Source: an uncultured Candidatus Rokubacteria bacterium | Lineage (GTDB): Bacteria; Methylomirabilota; Methylomirabilia; Rokubacteriales; DASRDR01 | Direction: 5' to 3' | Assembly: GCA_963708025.1 (NCBI GenBank) | Contig: CAVPSB010000022.1 | Coordinates: 1 to 64,000, forward strand | DNA: 64,000 nucleotides | In this document: one piece after another, positions 24,027 through 36,809 of the stretch | Position numbering within the stretch: position 1 is the first letter of the stretch | How the letters are laid out: each line of letters opens with the position of its first letter | Position numbers and translations under genes: made by a program | Notes under the pieces: generated by a model | Databases searched by the model: none | What the model saw: only the letters and a program-made list of their open reading frames with translations | Told to the model about the DNA's origin: nothing

Positions 24027-24435
24027 CTACGGTCGCCAGGCCGCCTCGAGGGACGCCGCGACGTCGCGGCCGAGCGCCGCCACCAGCCGGCTCTGGGCCG
24101 AGACCAGCGCAGCGTAGCTCCTGCCGGCCGGGCTCGCTGTGGCTCGACTTCCCCGCGGTGGCCGACGCCGCTCCGCTTCGTCTGGAGATGGTCCAGGCCG
24201 CGACGAGCCAGCAGTCGCCACCGAGGGTTCCCTCGAACCGGATGACGTCCACGCCTACCTCGTAGTCGATCGGGGCGCCGCCGCCCAGGGAAAGATCGCC
24301 ACGCGCTCCGTCGGGATGAGCATCACGAGGTTCTCGGCCAGCACCCGCGTGAAGTTGTCGCCCAGGGGGGCCGCCCACTGGTCGAACTCGGCCAGGCGGA
24401 GCGCGTTCCCACCGACACGGGTCACGATTTGCGGT
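24027..24435 (-). pseudogene. PqiC-family lipoprotein 3' fragment
   Basis: PQIVTR...AEFDQWAAPL...RVLAENL...YAALVSAQSRLVAALGRDVA in three frames; 5' end missing. Confidence 0.75.
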
Positions 24436-25050
24436 TGAAGACCTCGCGGGCCCGCTGGCCGGCGTTCCCTTCCAGCGCGCCCCTGGTCACCTGCGCGAAC
24501 ATGGCTCGCAGCTCCGGGCTCATGTCGGGGAACCAGGTCGGGTCGGCGTACGTATAGGCATTGAGGTGATACAGACCGGCGTACTTCATCTCGTCGTAGC
24601 CCTGGGCGTTGGGCAGCGCGTAGTCCGCCTCACCCAGGTGCCACTTGCCGGTGAGGAAGGTCTGGTAGCCGCCCTGTCTTCAGCACCGACGCCAGGGTCC
24701 ACTCCGCCGCGGGCAGCCCGCCGCCCTGGCCCTGGAAGGCCACGGTCGTCATGCCACTGCCGGTTCGGGATCCGCCCGGTCTGCACCGCCGCCCGGCCGG
24801 GCGTGCAGCTCGGCTGGGCGTCGAACGAGAACAACGTCATGCCCTCGTCGCGAGGCGGTCGAGGCTGGGCGTGGGCATGCCGCGTCCCGGGCCGCCGCCG
24901 TAAGGGCCCGAGGTCGCCGTAGCCGAAGTCATCGGACAGGAGCAGGATGATGTTGGGCTTCTGCGGCTGGGCCTCGGCCGGTCCGCCCGCGCTGACCAGC
25001 AGGACCGATGCCACCAGCCCTCCGAGTCCGAGAGCACCTCTCCACCTCAT
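24436..25050 (-). pseudogene. Arylsulfatase 5' fragment (truncated, frameshifted)
   Basis: KPNIILLLSDDFGYGD, SCTPGR, GKWHLG and YHLNAY; ends abruptly at the PqiC fragment. Confidence 0.85.
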
Positions 25051-25094
25051 CGTCTGATCTCCTTCTCCGTTCGGGGTGAATGCTGGCTCCGCGC

Positions 25095-25940
25095 TCACTT
25101 CGGGAAGAGGAACTGGATCTGGAGACGGAGCTGCCAATCCGGGGCGTTGTCCGGCCTGACGACGTTGGCGAACGCCTGCACCTGGGCGTTCACCGGCAGC
25201 TTGCCCACCCTGAAGAGCCGGCCCACGCCCCCGCCCAGCGGGACGGTCCAGCGATCGTCGGCGTCGGCCTCCCAGTCCGCCGTGATGATGGGCGCGGTGA
25301 CCAGGTACCAGCCGCCGTGGAAGTTGTAGTTCACGAACGGCTGGATGAGCGTCAGGCTCACGTCCGGCCGGCTGTCCTGGCCGGCGAACGACCACTGGTG
25401 ATTGGCGAGCGCGCCGAGCACCCAGGGACCATGGATCGTCAGCGCCACGGCGGCCGGCCCCGCGCTCCACTTGCCGCTCCCGAGCTCGGAGCTGGTCGCC
25501 GTGGGCAGGGTGAACGTCGGGCCCAGGCCCCAGATCAGCTTGCCGGGCCTCGCCGGGGAGAGAAACAGCGTGGGATTGATGTCCCCCAGCCCGAAGGCGC
25601 TCTCGCTTCCGGGAAACAGCGACGGCTGGTTGACGATGGGGACGATGGTCCGCGTGATGACGTTCCAGTCCTCGGTGAGCTTGACCGGAATGACGGGCTG
25701 GACGTTCAGGACGTAGATCGTGGCGTCGTTGGGGCCCGCCCCGAAGTTCAGGTTGTTCTGGAAGGGCACGGTGATCAGGTCGGCCACCGGGTTCTGTGTC
25801 TTCTTCGCCAGCTCGGTAACGTCGTCCCCCCCGGCCGGGGCGGCGGCCTGCGCCGCGAGCGGGCGCGGGCCGAGCGCCGTGGTGACCAGCAGGAGCGAGA
25901 GACCTGCCAGGACCCGAAGCGACCCGGCGACGCGTCTCAC
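25095..25940 (-). CDS. Putative outer-membrane beta-barrel protein
   Basis: Signal peptide, ELAKKTQNPVADL, GLGDI, QPFVNYN, C-terminal QFLFPK. Confidence 0.8.
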   Translation of the reverse strand: MRRVAGSLRVLAGLSLLLVTTALGPRPLAAQAAAPAGGDDVTELAKKTQNPVADLITVPFQNNLNFGAGPNDATIYVLNVQPVIPVKLTEDWNVITRTIVPIVNQPSLFPGSESAFGLGDINPTLFLSPARPGKLIWGLGPTFTLPTATSSELGSGKWSAGPAAVALTIHGPWVLGALANHQWSFAGQDSRPDVSLTLIQPFVNYNFHGGWYLVTAPIITADWEADADDRWTVPLGGGVGRLFRVGKLPVNAQVQAFANVVRPDNAPDWQLRLQIQFLFPK

Positions 25941-27246
25941 CGGAGGCGTCCCGGGGCACCGGACGGCGAGACGACCTCGTGGAACGTCCAGCCCAGCGCC
26001 GCGAATCCGTGCTGGGCCGGGGCCGAGATCCGCCCCGTCAGCCAGAGTCCCCGCCGCGCCGCCTGGAGATCCGGCCGCTCGGCGAAGCGCCCGACCCGCT
26101 CCGTCCACGCGAGGTAGTCCACCGGCGCCGGGACCACGACGGCGCCACCGGGGGTGACGCCGACCACGGTGCTCCGTGCCGCCACCCAGTTGAGCGGCAT
26201 GCCGGTCACGTTGAGGTGGGCCAGCATGTGCACGGCCGCGGCCAGGAACCGGGCCTCTTCCTCCTTGCTGGCGGTCGCGGCCAGGGCGATCACGTCGTGA
26301 CGCCCCTGGACGCCGCCCAGGCGCTCGAGGTCGGTGACCAGCGCGGTCAGCACCGACAGCGAGAACCACCGGTTGGCGAGGAGAGCCTGGGCCTGCGCCT
26401 CGCTCGCGCCCATGGCCAGCACCTTCTGCTTGTTCATGACGATCAGGTCGGCCGCCGGCGTGTCGTAGACGAGGTCGTGGGTGAACGATGTGCCCGAGAT
26501 CGCGATCGAGCCCGGGACGAAGGCGCTCACGAGCAGGTTCACGCCCAGCCGACCCGAGAAGGAGACCCAGGCCATGTCGGTGAGCTTCCCGGCCAGCACC
26601 GCATTGGTGGTGTAGGGATCGACCCCCAGGCCCTTCGCGAGCTGCCGCCGGGCCTGCTCGAATCCCAGGGCCGTGATGGTGGCGCTTCCGATCCGCTGGG
26701 CGGTCTCCTGCGCCTTCGCCTGCTCGCTCTGGCTGGGGTCGGACGCCGCCTGGGCGATGCGCTCCGCGCCCAGCTCGACGCGGTCGAAGAACCGCGAGAT
26801 GCCCGCCGGGATGGCCTCCACCGTCTCCACGGGGTTCTGGATGATGTTCGCGGCCGCCTCGAGCGGCTTGGCGGCCGCGTTGGCCGCGGCGCTGAGGAAC
26901 ACGTCGGTCTGGCTCATCGACTCCAGGTGCTGGATGGCCGGCAGCTCCGCGATGCGGATCCGGAGCAGCTCACGCCCGGGCGCCACGAAGGTCCCGAGGC
27001 TCGAGCGCAGGGTGAAGTGGCCGAGAAGCCCGTCGGTCGGCACCCGGTCGTCCACCCGGAAGAGGGGGCCGGCGAGCATGTCCGGGGGCAGGAGCTCGCT
27101 CGCCCGGAAGACCGGCGGCGCCTGGAAGGCCGGCTGGGCCGCGGCCCCCGGACGGTGGCGCCCAGACACGCCCCGGACAGGGCGATCGCGGCGAACAGGG
27201 TCCAGTCCAGCCACGGGCGCGTTCGGACTGCGCTCATGCGTGCCAT
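25937..27246 (-). CDS. Hypothetical exported protein; frameshift near 27145
   Basis: SD AAGGAGG; signal peptide in one frame and the body (…LGVDPYTTN…) in another. Confidence 0.7.
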
Positions 27247-27270
27247 CGACGGCCTCCTTTCGGTCCGGAG

Positions 27271-28284
27271 CTACTTCGGTCCAATCGGGTAGATGACCTT
27301 CCAGTCCTTCTTCATGTCCACGACCGTCCAGCCCCGCGCCATCGCCTCGTCCAGTGCCTTGTCCAGCCGGCCGACGTGCGATTGGCGGTCGTAGGCCCAC
27401 TCGCGCTCGGCATCGGTGTGGCGCACGATCAGGGCGAAGCGGGCGCCGGATCCGGCGGTGGTCCACTGGAGCATCTCCAGGTCGCCGTCGGAGTTGCCGA
27501 AGGCGGCGATCGGGCGGCGGCCGATGTGCTGGTTGATGCCGACGGGCTTGCCGGCCTTGTCGTCGATGAAGTCGATCTGCGGCAGGCGCACGAGCACGGG
27601 CGTGCCGTCGCGCACCTGGAAGCGGGTCTTGATGCTCGACCCGACCACCTGCTCCGGCGGGATGCCGTAGCGCGCCTCGGAGAACACCCGGAGGAACTCG
27701 ATGCCGCCGCCCGACACGATGAAGGTCTTGAAGCCGTTGGCCCGGAGATAGGCCAGGACCTCGAGCATCGGTTGATAGACGAGCTCGTCGTAAGGGCGCT
27801 GGAAGCGCGGGTGCCTGGCCGTCGCCAGCCACTGCTTCACGATCTGCGCGAACTCGTCGGGGGTCATGCCGGCGTGCGTGGCCATGATCAGCTCGACGAG
27901 CCCCTTCTCCCCGGAGGCCACCAGCGCCTTCAGGTCGCCGTCGAGCGCGGCCTTGAAGGGCTGCTTCGTCTTCCATTCGGGGTGCTGGGCGCCAGCGCCC
28001 TGCACCCGGTCCAGGGCGAAGAGCAGCTGGAAGTACGCGGGCTGCTCGCTCCAGAGGGTGCCGTCGTTGTCGAAGGCGGCGACGCGCTCGGCGGGCGGGA
28101 CGTAGCTCGGCCCGCCCTCCTTGGTGACGTCCGCGACGAACTTGACGATGGCCTGCTTGGCCGGCCCGTCGTTCCAGGACGGGAGCGGATCGTTCTGGGC
28201 CGGGGCCAGCTCCGGACGGAGCAGGCACATCGCGAGCGCCAGGCTCGCCACCAGCAGACTCTTCGTGGTTCGTGGAATCATCAT
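27271..28284 (-). CDS. Exported HAD-family hydrolase (acid-phosphatase-like)
   Basis: FDNDGTLW, IVSGG and FGNSDGD motifs; signal peptide. Confidence 0.92.
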   Translation of the reverse strand: MMIPRTTKSLLVASLALAMCLLRPELAPAQNDPLPSWNDGPAKQAIVKFVADVTKEGGPSYVPPAERVAAFDNDGTLWSEQPAYFQLLFALDRVQGAGAQHPEWKTKQPFKAALDGDLKALVASGEKGLVELIMATHAGMTPDEFAQIVKQWLATARHPRFQRPYDELVYQPMLEVLAYLRANGFKTFIVSGGGIEFLRVFSEARYGIPPEQVVGSSIKTRFQVRDGTPVLVRLPQIDFIDDKAGKPVGINQHIGRRPIAAFGNSDGDLEMLQWTTAGSGARFALIVRHTDAEREWAYDRQSHVGRLDKALDEAMARGWTVVDMKKDWKVIYPIGPK

Positions 28285-28292
28285 CTCCGCCG

Positions 28293-30743
28293 CTACCGGC
28301 GCCCGAATCCGCCGCCGAAGCGCCCGCCCATCTCGCCGAAGCTCGAGCGGAAGGCGCCCATGCGCTCGCCGCCGTTGAAGCGCCCCGCCCAATCGTCGTC
28401 GAGCGAGCGGATGGAGCCGGAGTCCTGGACGCGGCCCCATCCGCCTTCCCCGCCCCAGCTGTGCTGCTGCCAGTCCCCGTTCGCGTCGTGCTGGTACACG
28501 TGGCCGTCGTGGCTCGCGTAGACGTCGTTGCCGGAGTGGCCGACGTCCCAGGTGGACGTCTGCCCGGTCTTGGGGTTGTAGACCTGGGCCCGGCTCGCCG
28601 AGGCCGACTGCCCCGTGTAAGCGTTCCCGACCGTGACCCGGCTCCCCGACGCCGTCGCCCCCGTCCGCGTGTTGACCGCCGCGCCACGGCTCCCGTAGGC
28701 GTAGTTGCCGGTGTAGACGTTGCCGACGGCCGCTCGCTGGCCGGCGGCCAGCGTGCCCGTCCGCGAGTTGTACGAGGCCCCGACGTGGTTGGCCCACTCG
28801 TTCCCCGTCCAGGCGTTGTAGCCCCCCGATGCGCGCGTGACGGCGGTCGTCGATCCCCAGTGGTGATACACGTTCCCGGTGGTGGCCGCCCACCCGCCCG
28901 CCCCCCACGCCGCGGCGCCGTAGGGCCCCCAGGCGGCGCCGTACATCGGTCCCCACCACGGATAGGCTCCCCACGCCCAGCCGGCCGTCGAGGCGCCCCA
29001 GGCCCAGCCGAAGCCGAAGCCCACGGCCCAGCCCGTCCAGGGGGTGTAGGTGAGCGCCGCCGCCGCGCCGTACGTCACGGGCGGTCCGTACCAGACCGTG
29101 CCGATCCAGGGCGTGTAGTAGTAGCCCGTCCCGTAGACGACGACCCCGTCCGGGTCGACGTAGGTGCCGTAGTAGCCGGGCGTGTAGCCGACGTACACCA
29201 CCTGGGCGGTCCAGTCGTAGACCCGCACGTAGGTGACGTAGTGCACCGGCGAGCTCGGCGGGATGGCATAGATCACCGCCGGCACCGACGTCGCCACGAC
29301 CCACGGGCCGGCGAGCGACGTTCCCACGAACCAGACGCCGTTCTGGAGGGCATAGTACGAGTGCGGGTCGACGATGATGATCGGCGTCGACGAGTTGGCG
29401 ACGTACTGCAGGGGCGTGCCCGGGATGGGCGTTGGCTTCGGCGCGCCGTCGATGACCGGCGGCGTCATCTTCGCCTCGCCGCGCTTGACCGTCGCCGTCT
29501 GGGGGATGCCGTTGGCGATGCGCGCTTCCCGGGCCTGGAGCGTCCCCGGCACCGAGGCCTTCACGTTCTCCTTGGGGCTGTCGTCCGGGATCCAGGCGAA
29601 ATCCACCGGGAGCTCCCGCCCCGGCACGTAGGCCCAGGGCCCGCGCATCGCCGCCGAGCGGAACCACCGGCCCGAGACGAGGACGTAGATCATCTGGTCC
29701 TGCAGGTCCTTGAAGGCGTTGCCGGTGGTGTTCTTGACGTAGAGGAGCTGGGTCCCGGGGATCGGGACGTAGTCCGGCTCCCCCTCCGTCACGATCAGCT
29801 CGGTGGGCGTGGTCGCCACGTGGATCGCGGGCACGGGGCCCTTGGCGAGCGAGGGTCGCGTCTTCGGGTCCTTGGGGTCGCCGCCCTCCAGGAGGTCCAC
29901 GCTCCGGCTCGCCGTGGCCGCCGCCATGGCCGTGGCCAGCTCCGGGGGCGTCGCGCGCGCGGCCGTCCAGGGGCCCTGGAGCGCCGGCGCCTCCATCCAG
30001 CCGTCGAAGACGTGCAGGTAGTGCGCGCCGGCCGGCGCCCGGAGGAGGAGCGGATGGGTATTGATGACCCGCTCGAGGCGCGTGCCCGACACCGGCCGGT
30101 AGGCGGGCGGTCCGTCGACCGAGACCAGCATGGCCGGCACCGCCGAGAAGACGATCACGGGTGGGCTGTTGCGCGGCGGCACCGCATCGCCCTTCCGCGC
30201 CTCCTCGTGGATAGCCAGGTCCGCCTCGAGGCGGTCGAGCCCGATCACCGTCTCGTGGAGCACCTTCGTCTCGATCATCTGCACGTAGGTGTCTTCCTTG
30301 CCGGGCGCCGAGGGGAAGTCGGCCCGCGTGACCAGGCCGTTCCGGAGCGTGACGAGCCGCGTGTCCCGGTCCACCTCGGTCCTCACCGAGACCCAGACGA
30401 CGCCGAACGTCGGCGGCGTCTTGGCGTCCCCGGTCTTCACCGCCACCGCGGCGTGGGCGCGGAGGAGGGACCCTTCCCACGCGTCGATCTGGGGCTGGTA
30501 CACGGTCACGTGGTCGCCGCCGCTCGAGACCTCGCGCGGCCAGTGGTCGTCGAGCACGGCCGGGGGCGCCTGGGGGGCCGCGCCGGCCGGGGGTGCGCCG
30601 GGGACGGATCCCCCCGCGCTCGAAGCCGAAGCGCTCGGACCGCTGGCTCCGGGGCCCGGGCCGGCCGTGCCGGCCCCGGAGGCACAGGAGGACACGAGCG
30701 TCGCCAGGAGAATGATCGCCACGGGACGGGCCAGTGTCTTCAT
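28293..30743 (-). CDS. Large lipoprotein with Tyr/Trp/Gly-rich C-terminal half
   Basis: Lipobox VSSC, repeated GxW(F)...GPW units, G-rich tail. Confidence 0.8.
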   Translation of the reverse strand: MKTLARPVAIILLATLVSSCASGAGTAGPGPGASGPSASASSAGGSVPGAPPAGAAPQAPPAVLDDHWPREVSSGGDHVTVYQPQIDAWEGSLLRAHAAVAVKTGDAKTPPTFGVVWVSVRTEVDRDTRLVTLRNGLVTRADFPSAPGKEDTYVQMIETKVLHETVIGLDRLEADLAIHEEARKGDAVPPRNSPPVIVFSAVPAMLVSVDGPPAYRPVSGTRLERVINTHPLLLRAPAGAHYLHVFDGWMEAPALQGPWTAARATPPELATAMAAATASRSVDLLEGGDPKDPKTRPSLAKGPVPAIHVATTPTELIVTEGEPDYVPIPGTQLLYVKNTTGNAFKDLQDQMIYVLVSGRWFRSAAMRGPWAYVPGRELPVDFAWIPDDSPKENVKASVPGTLQAREARIANGIPQTATVKRGEAKMTPPVIDGAPKPTPIPGTPLQYVANSSTPIIIVDPHSYYALQNGVWFVGTSLAGPWVVATSVPAVIYAIPPSSPVHYVTYVRVYDWTAQVVYVGYTPGYYGTYVDPDGVVVYGTGYYYTPWIGTVWYGPPVTYGAAAALTYTPWTGWAVGFGFGWAWGASTAGWAWGAYPWWGPMYGAAWGPYGAAAWGAGGWAATTGNVYHHWGSTTAVTRASGGYNAWTGNEWANHVGASYNSRTGTLAAGQRAAVGNVYTGNYAYGSRGAAVNTRTGATASGSRVTVGNAYTGQSASASRAQVYNPKTGQTSTWDVGHSGNDVYASHDGHVYQHDANGDWQQHSWGGEGGWGRVQDSGSIRSLDDDWAGRFNGGERMGAFRSSFGEMGGRFGGGFGRR

Positions 30744-30871
30744 GCTAGCCTCCAACACGCCGCCGCGCGCGGCAGCCGCAGCGTACTGGTGTCATCGGGC
30801 CTCATCGCGCAGGAGCGCGGGCAGCCCAGGGTGGACTGCCCGCGCTGAAGATCATCGAATGCCTTCCTTAC

Positions 30872-32473
<1,602 letters not shown>

Positions 32474-32534
32474 GACGTCCTCCGTTCTGCGTGTGGGTTC
32501 CAGCGTGACGCGGGCTGCTGAATCTGAGCATCGG

Positions 32535-32938
32535 TCAGACGGGCGGATCTCGGAGCCGTGGGGAGACGTATCGCTCGCCCCGGATGGCCCGCGGACCGCC
32601 GGCATCAGCTCGTCGGCGGCGGTGAGCTTCAACACGCAGGCGAGGGCACCGGCCGCGTACCCGCGCTCCGCCAGCCTGGCGTCGTCGTGCACGGTGACGA
32701 GCACGACCCGTGTGCCCGGCCACCGCGCCAGGAGCGCCACCGTCGCGCTGATCCCGTCGAGGCCGGGCATCACGATGTCCGTCACGATCACATCGGGCCG
32801 CACCTCGGCGGCCTCGGCCACGAGCGCCCTCCCATCGGCGACCGTGGCGACGACCTCCAGCTCCGGCTCGAGCAGCGTCCGCAGCTCCGCCGCCATCACC
32901 GGGTTGTCTTCGGCGAGGAGCACGCGCGGCCGCCCCAT
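32535..32938 (-). CDS. Single-domain response regulator receiver; frameshift near 32592
   Basis: LLAEDN, TDIVMPGLDG, LVTVH, VLK; the end (RAIRGERYVSP) lies in another frame. Confidence 0.8.
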
Positions 32939-33029
32939 TGCCCGACTCTAGGCGCCGGGCGGCCCTCGGCGCTATTCGGAGAACTCCGGGGAGACCCCCG
33001 TAGAAGTCCGGGGGTGGGAGGGCTAGAGG

Positions 33030-33671
33030 CTACCCACGCTCCGGCGGCGGGGCGAGGCCGTGCTCGATCGCGTACCGGATGAGCTCGGCCGTGGTCTCGA
33101 CCCCCAGCGCCTGCATCATCTGGTACTTGTGGCCCTCGACCGTGCGGGGCGACAGCCCCAGCGCCGCGGCGATCTCCTTCATGGTCCGCCCGGCCGCGAT
33201 GAGCCGCAGCACGTCGCGCTGCCGTGACGTGAGCCGGTCGCCGAGGGCTTCCCGCCTCGCCAGGTTCGCGAGGACATCCGGCGCGAGGCGCGGCGTCAGG
33301 TAGGTCCGGCCCTGGCGCACCTCGTGGATGGCGGCGATCAACTCCTTCCCGGCGGCCTCCTTCAGCACGAACCCGGCCGCCCCCGCGCGCAGCGCCTCGG
33401 CCGCCAGCCGGGTGTCCGCGTGCACGGTCAGGAAGATCACCTTGGCCGTCATGCCTTCTGCGCGGATCCGGCGCAGCGCGTCCAGCCCGGTCAGGCCCGG
33501 CATGGTGACGTCGGTCACGATCACGTCGGGTTGGAGCCGCCGCGCCGCCTCGAGCAGTCCGGCGCCGTCCGCCACGGTCCCGACGAGGCTGAACTCGTCT
33601 CGCAGGAGCGCGGCGAGCCCCGCGGCGACGACGGGATGGTCGTCAGCGAGCAGGACGGTCGCCCGGGGCAT
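33030..33671 (-). CDS. NarL/LuxR-family response regulator
   Basis: REC domain plus LTSRQRDVL...SPRTVEGHK HTH. Confidence 0.95.
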   Translation of the reverse strand: MPRATVLLADDHPVVAAGLAALLRDEFSLVGTVADGAGLLEAARRLQPDVIVTDVTMPGLTGLDALRRIRAEGMTAKVIFLTVHADTRLAAEALRAGAAGFVLKEAAGKELIAAIHEVRQGRTYLTPRLAPDVLANLARREALGDRLTSRQRDVLRLIAAGRTMKEIAAALGLSPRTVEGHKYQMMQALGVETTAELIRYAIEHGLAPPPERG

Positions 33672-36051
33672 CCGGTTCCTTGCGGAGCGGCACCACGATC
33701 CGAACCTCCGTACCGCGCTGCGGGCCGGTGTCGATCGCGATCCGCCCGTCGAACAGGCGGATCCGCTCTTCCAGGCTGACGAGACCCAGGCCGCGCCGGC
33801 GGCGCGGCTCCGTGAGGTCGAACCCGCATCCGTCGTCGGCGATGGCCAGCACCACGTCGCCCCCCTCGCGCGCCACGCTGACCCGGACGTGGCGGGCCTT
33901 CGCATGCTTGGCGACGTTCCCGAGCGCCTCCTGCGTGGCCCGGTACAGGCAGAGGGCGAGATCGACGGGCACCCCGTCCAGGTCCGGGTCCGCCCGGAAG
34001 GTCACGTCCATCCTCCCATGCGTATCCTCGAACTCACGGCAGTACCCCTCGAGAGCGGCCACCACCCCGACGTGCTGGAGCACGCCGGGGTGGAGCTCGT
34101 GCGAGAGCTGCCGGATGTCCTCCACGACGCTCGCGGTGCGCTCCTGCAAGCGGGCCAGCTCGCCCACCAGGTCGACCGGGCTCGCAGGAACCCGGCGCCC
34201 GAGGGTGGTCAGGGCGATCGAGAGCGCCGTGATCTTCTGGTTGACGCCGTCGTGCAGCTCTCGAGCGATCCGGCCGCGCTCCTCCTCCTGGGCGGTGATC
34301 AGCTGCCCGGCCAGGGTCTGGATCTGCGTGGTGCGCTCGTTCGCCGTGCGGTCGGCCCGCTGCCGGGCCAGCGCGTGGGCGAACACGTCGGCGAGCAGCC
34401 GGAGCCGTGTGACCAGCTCGTCGGGCCAGCGGCGTACCTCGCGGACAGCTCCGATCGACAGGCCGCCCATGACCGAGCTGCCCGCGAGAAGGGGGGCGAT
34501 GGCGGTCGACCGCACGCCCAACCGCGCGAGGGCCTGGGAGTCGACCAGGGGCTCGTCGAGCGGATCTCCGGGCGACGGCAGGCGAACGACGTGACCCTGG
34601 CGGAGCCGAGAGAAGAGCCCGGGCGCCTCGCTCTCTCGGATGACCGTCGGGAGGGGCGGAACGCCGGCCCGGGTCCACGAATGCGTGAGCCGGACCTCGT
34701 CCGACCCTTCTGGCAGCGCCCAGACCCTGGCCAGGTCCACCCCCAGGTCCTCCACGATCCGCCGCAGCCCGGCCTCGATCTGCTGACCGACCTGCTCGCC
34801 AGGGCAGGCCGCCAGCCTGGCCGAGAGGTCCGAGAGGAGCGTCTCGAACCGCAGCCGCTCGGCGAGGCTCCGCTGGGCGCGGCGACGGCGGAGATGCTGC
34901 ACCAGGAGGGCTCCGATGAGTCCGCTCTGGAGGAGAACCAGACTGATCGCGCCGACGACATACCCTCGATTGCGCTCCCACAGAGACGGCTCGTGGAACA
35001 GCACGACACTTCCCGGAGGCAGTCGCCGGCGATCGATCCGCCAGCGCTCGAGCACACGCGCGTCGAACACGTACGCATTGGTGCCCTCGCTCGTGGCGGC
35101 GGCCGGCCCCAGCCGCTCGCCCCGGAGGACCCGAAGCGCGAGCGCGGCCGCGCGCCTGGCCTGCTGCTCCCACCTCACGACGTAGCCCCCGACGATGCCC
35201 CGCCCGACATGGACGTCGAGGGGAGAGTAGACAGGAACCGATCCGGTCCGCGCGACGTGCTCCGCCACCTCGGCGTTGGTGAACGTGCGGCCGGCGCGGT
35301 CGCGCAGGAAGAGGCCGACGAGGATGACCGTGTGCTCGGGCAGAGCCGCAGCCTCCTTCAGCATCTCCTCGAATGTGCGATCGGTCAGCTCGATCGGCTC
35401 GAAGCGGTCCCGATAGCCCGCCGCCACCCGCTTGAACTCGACCGCCGTGGACGGCGTCGTACCCCCTCCCGAGACGAACGCGATGCGGCGCGTGTCCGGG
35501 TGGAGCAGCAGGATGAGCTCCACGTTGGCGCGCCAGTCGCGATCCAGCCATATCCCCGTGACGTCGGGCGGAAGCGGCACATCGGCGAGCGCGGCCTCAC
35601 GTCCGGCCACGAAGACCAGGGGAACGCCCGGAAAGATGGTGGCGCGATGGAGAAGGGCGAATCGAAGGGCGGGAGGCCCGACCGGAATGACCAGGGCCAG
35701 GTTGCGGCTGGCGTATTTCGCCCGCAGGAGGTCGAGCGTCGCACGCTCCACCTCCTTGTCCGGGAACCACGAGAGGTCGAGCGCCTCGGTGTAGAAGCGG
35801 ACCGGAGAGGCGGCATCGGCACCAAGAGCTGATCGCAACTCGCGGTCGACGATGGCGTTGGCCGGCAGGAGCATCGAGTCTGCGTAGAGTAGCAGGACAT
35901 CCTTCCGGGCTGGCTCCTCGGCGACTGCCGTTGCGGGCAACAGCACGGCGAGCGTGAGCAAGACGCCGACGACGCCGCCGCCGGCACCGGCTGCGAACAC
36001 TCTGGGCCGACGCGACAGTCCGTGACCGAGGGTCGATCGTGGAGGTCTCAC
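33643..36051 (-). CDS. Sensor histidine kinase (periplasmic binding-type sensor, GAF, HisKA_3)
   Basis: ERGRIARELHDG, QEALGNVAKH, DDGCGF and GLGL motifs. Confidence 0.93.
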   Translation of the reverse strand: MRPPRSTLGHGLSRRPRVFAAGAGGGVVGVLLTLAVLLPATAVAEEPARKDVLLLYADSMLLPANAIVDRELRSALGADAASPVRFYTEALDLSWFPDKEVERATLDLLRAKYASRNLALVIPVGPPALRFALLHRATIFPGVPLVFVAGREAALADVPLPPDVTGIWLDRDWRANVELILLLHPDTRRIAFVSGGGTTPSTAVEFKRVAAGYRDRFEPIELTDRTFEEMLKEAAALPEHTVILVGLFLRDRAGRTFTNAEVAEHVARTGSVPVYSPLDVHVGRGIVGGYVVRWEQQARRAAALALRVLRGERLGPAAATSEGTNAYVFDARVLERWRIDRRRLPPGSVVLFHEPSLWERNRGYVVGAISLVLLQSGLIGALLVQHLRRRRAQRSLAERLRFETLLSDLSARLAACPGEQVGQQIEAGLRRIVEDLGVDLARVWALPEGSDEVRLTHSWTRAGVPPLPTVIRESEAPGLFSRLRQGHVVRLPSPGDPLDEPLVDSQALARLGVRSTAIAPLLAGSSVMGGLSIGAVREVRRWPDELVTRLRLLADVFAHALARQRADRTANERTTQIQTLAGQLITAQEEERGRIARELHDGVNQKITALSIALTTLGRRVPASPVDLVGELARLQERTASVVEDIRQLSHELHPGVLQHVGVVAALEGYCREFEDTHGRMDVTFRADPDLDGVPVDLALCLYRATQEALGNVAKHAKARHVRVSVAREGGDVVLAIADDGCGFDLTEPRRRRGLGLVSLEERIRLFDGRIAIDTGPQRGTEVRIVVPLRKEPDAPGDRPAR

Positions 36052-36809
36052 GTGTCAGCCAGCCATGCCCCGGCGGCCCCCCGGGGCCGGGCCGCAGGTC
36101 ACCTCGCGCCATCCCGTCCCGTGGGTCACGCACCCTCCGCCGGCTGCCATCACGAGGGGCAGGGCCCAGGGGCAGGTCCGCATCGCCCGCTGGGACAGCA
36201 GCTCGTCTTCGAGCAGCCTGCCGGTCGCGGCCGTCGGCCGGTTTCCCGCCATCGAGCTGTTCGCCAGCGCGTCAGGGCGTTCCATCTGGGCATGCGCCCA
36301 TCCGTGTCCACCCGCCAAAGCAGCCTAGCAGTTTCCCCCGGATCGTGGTATTGGACCTTGGTCGTACGCCGTGACGCCAGGCGCCGGGCACTGGCCGGGC
36401 AGGCGCCGCCCGCCGTCAACAGGTGTGTGGGCAGTGGGGGGCTCGGCCGCCATTCCCGGGGCCGCGAGCGGCCGTCCCCGCGCGCGAGGCTCCGTCACCC
36501 CCCCGGGATCCGCCGTGCACCGCTACCGGCGCGCCGCGAGCCGGCGGTCTCCAGGGCCGCCACCATGCGCGGACACGATCCGGCGGCCGATTACCTTTCA
36601 GGTAATTGACCGGTTCGCGCGCCGTGTGGTCGATGCCCACGGGAGGCGGCCGTGAGAACGAGGCGCGCGATCGGGCCGACGAGATGATAGCCCCCACGGG
36701 GGGCCGAAGGAGGAGCCATGGAAGCCAGGCCGCCTCCAGGTGAGGGGTCGGAGGGGCCGCGGCGAGGGGCTTCAGGACGGCGCTGTCACCGTGTCACCGG
36801 ATGGGTCTC

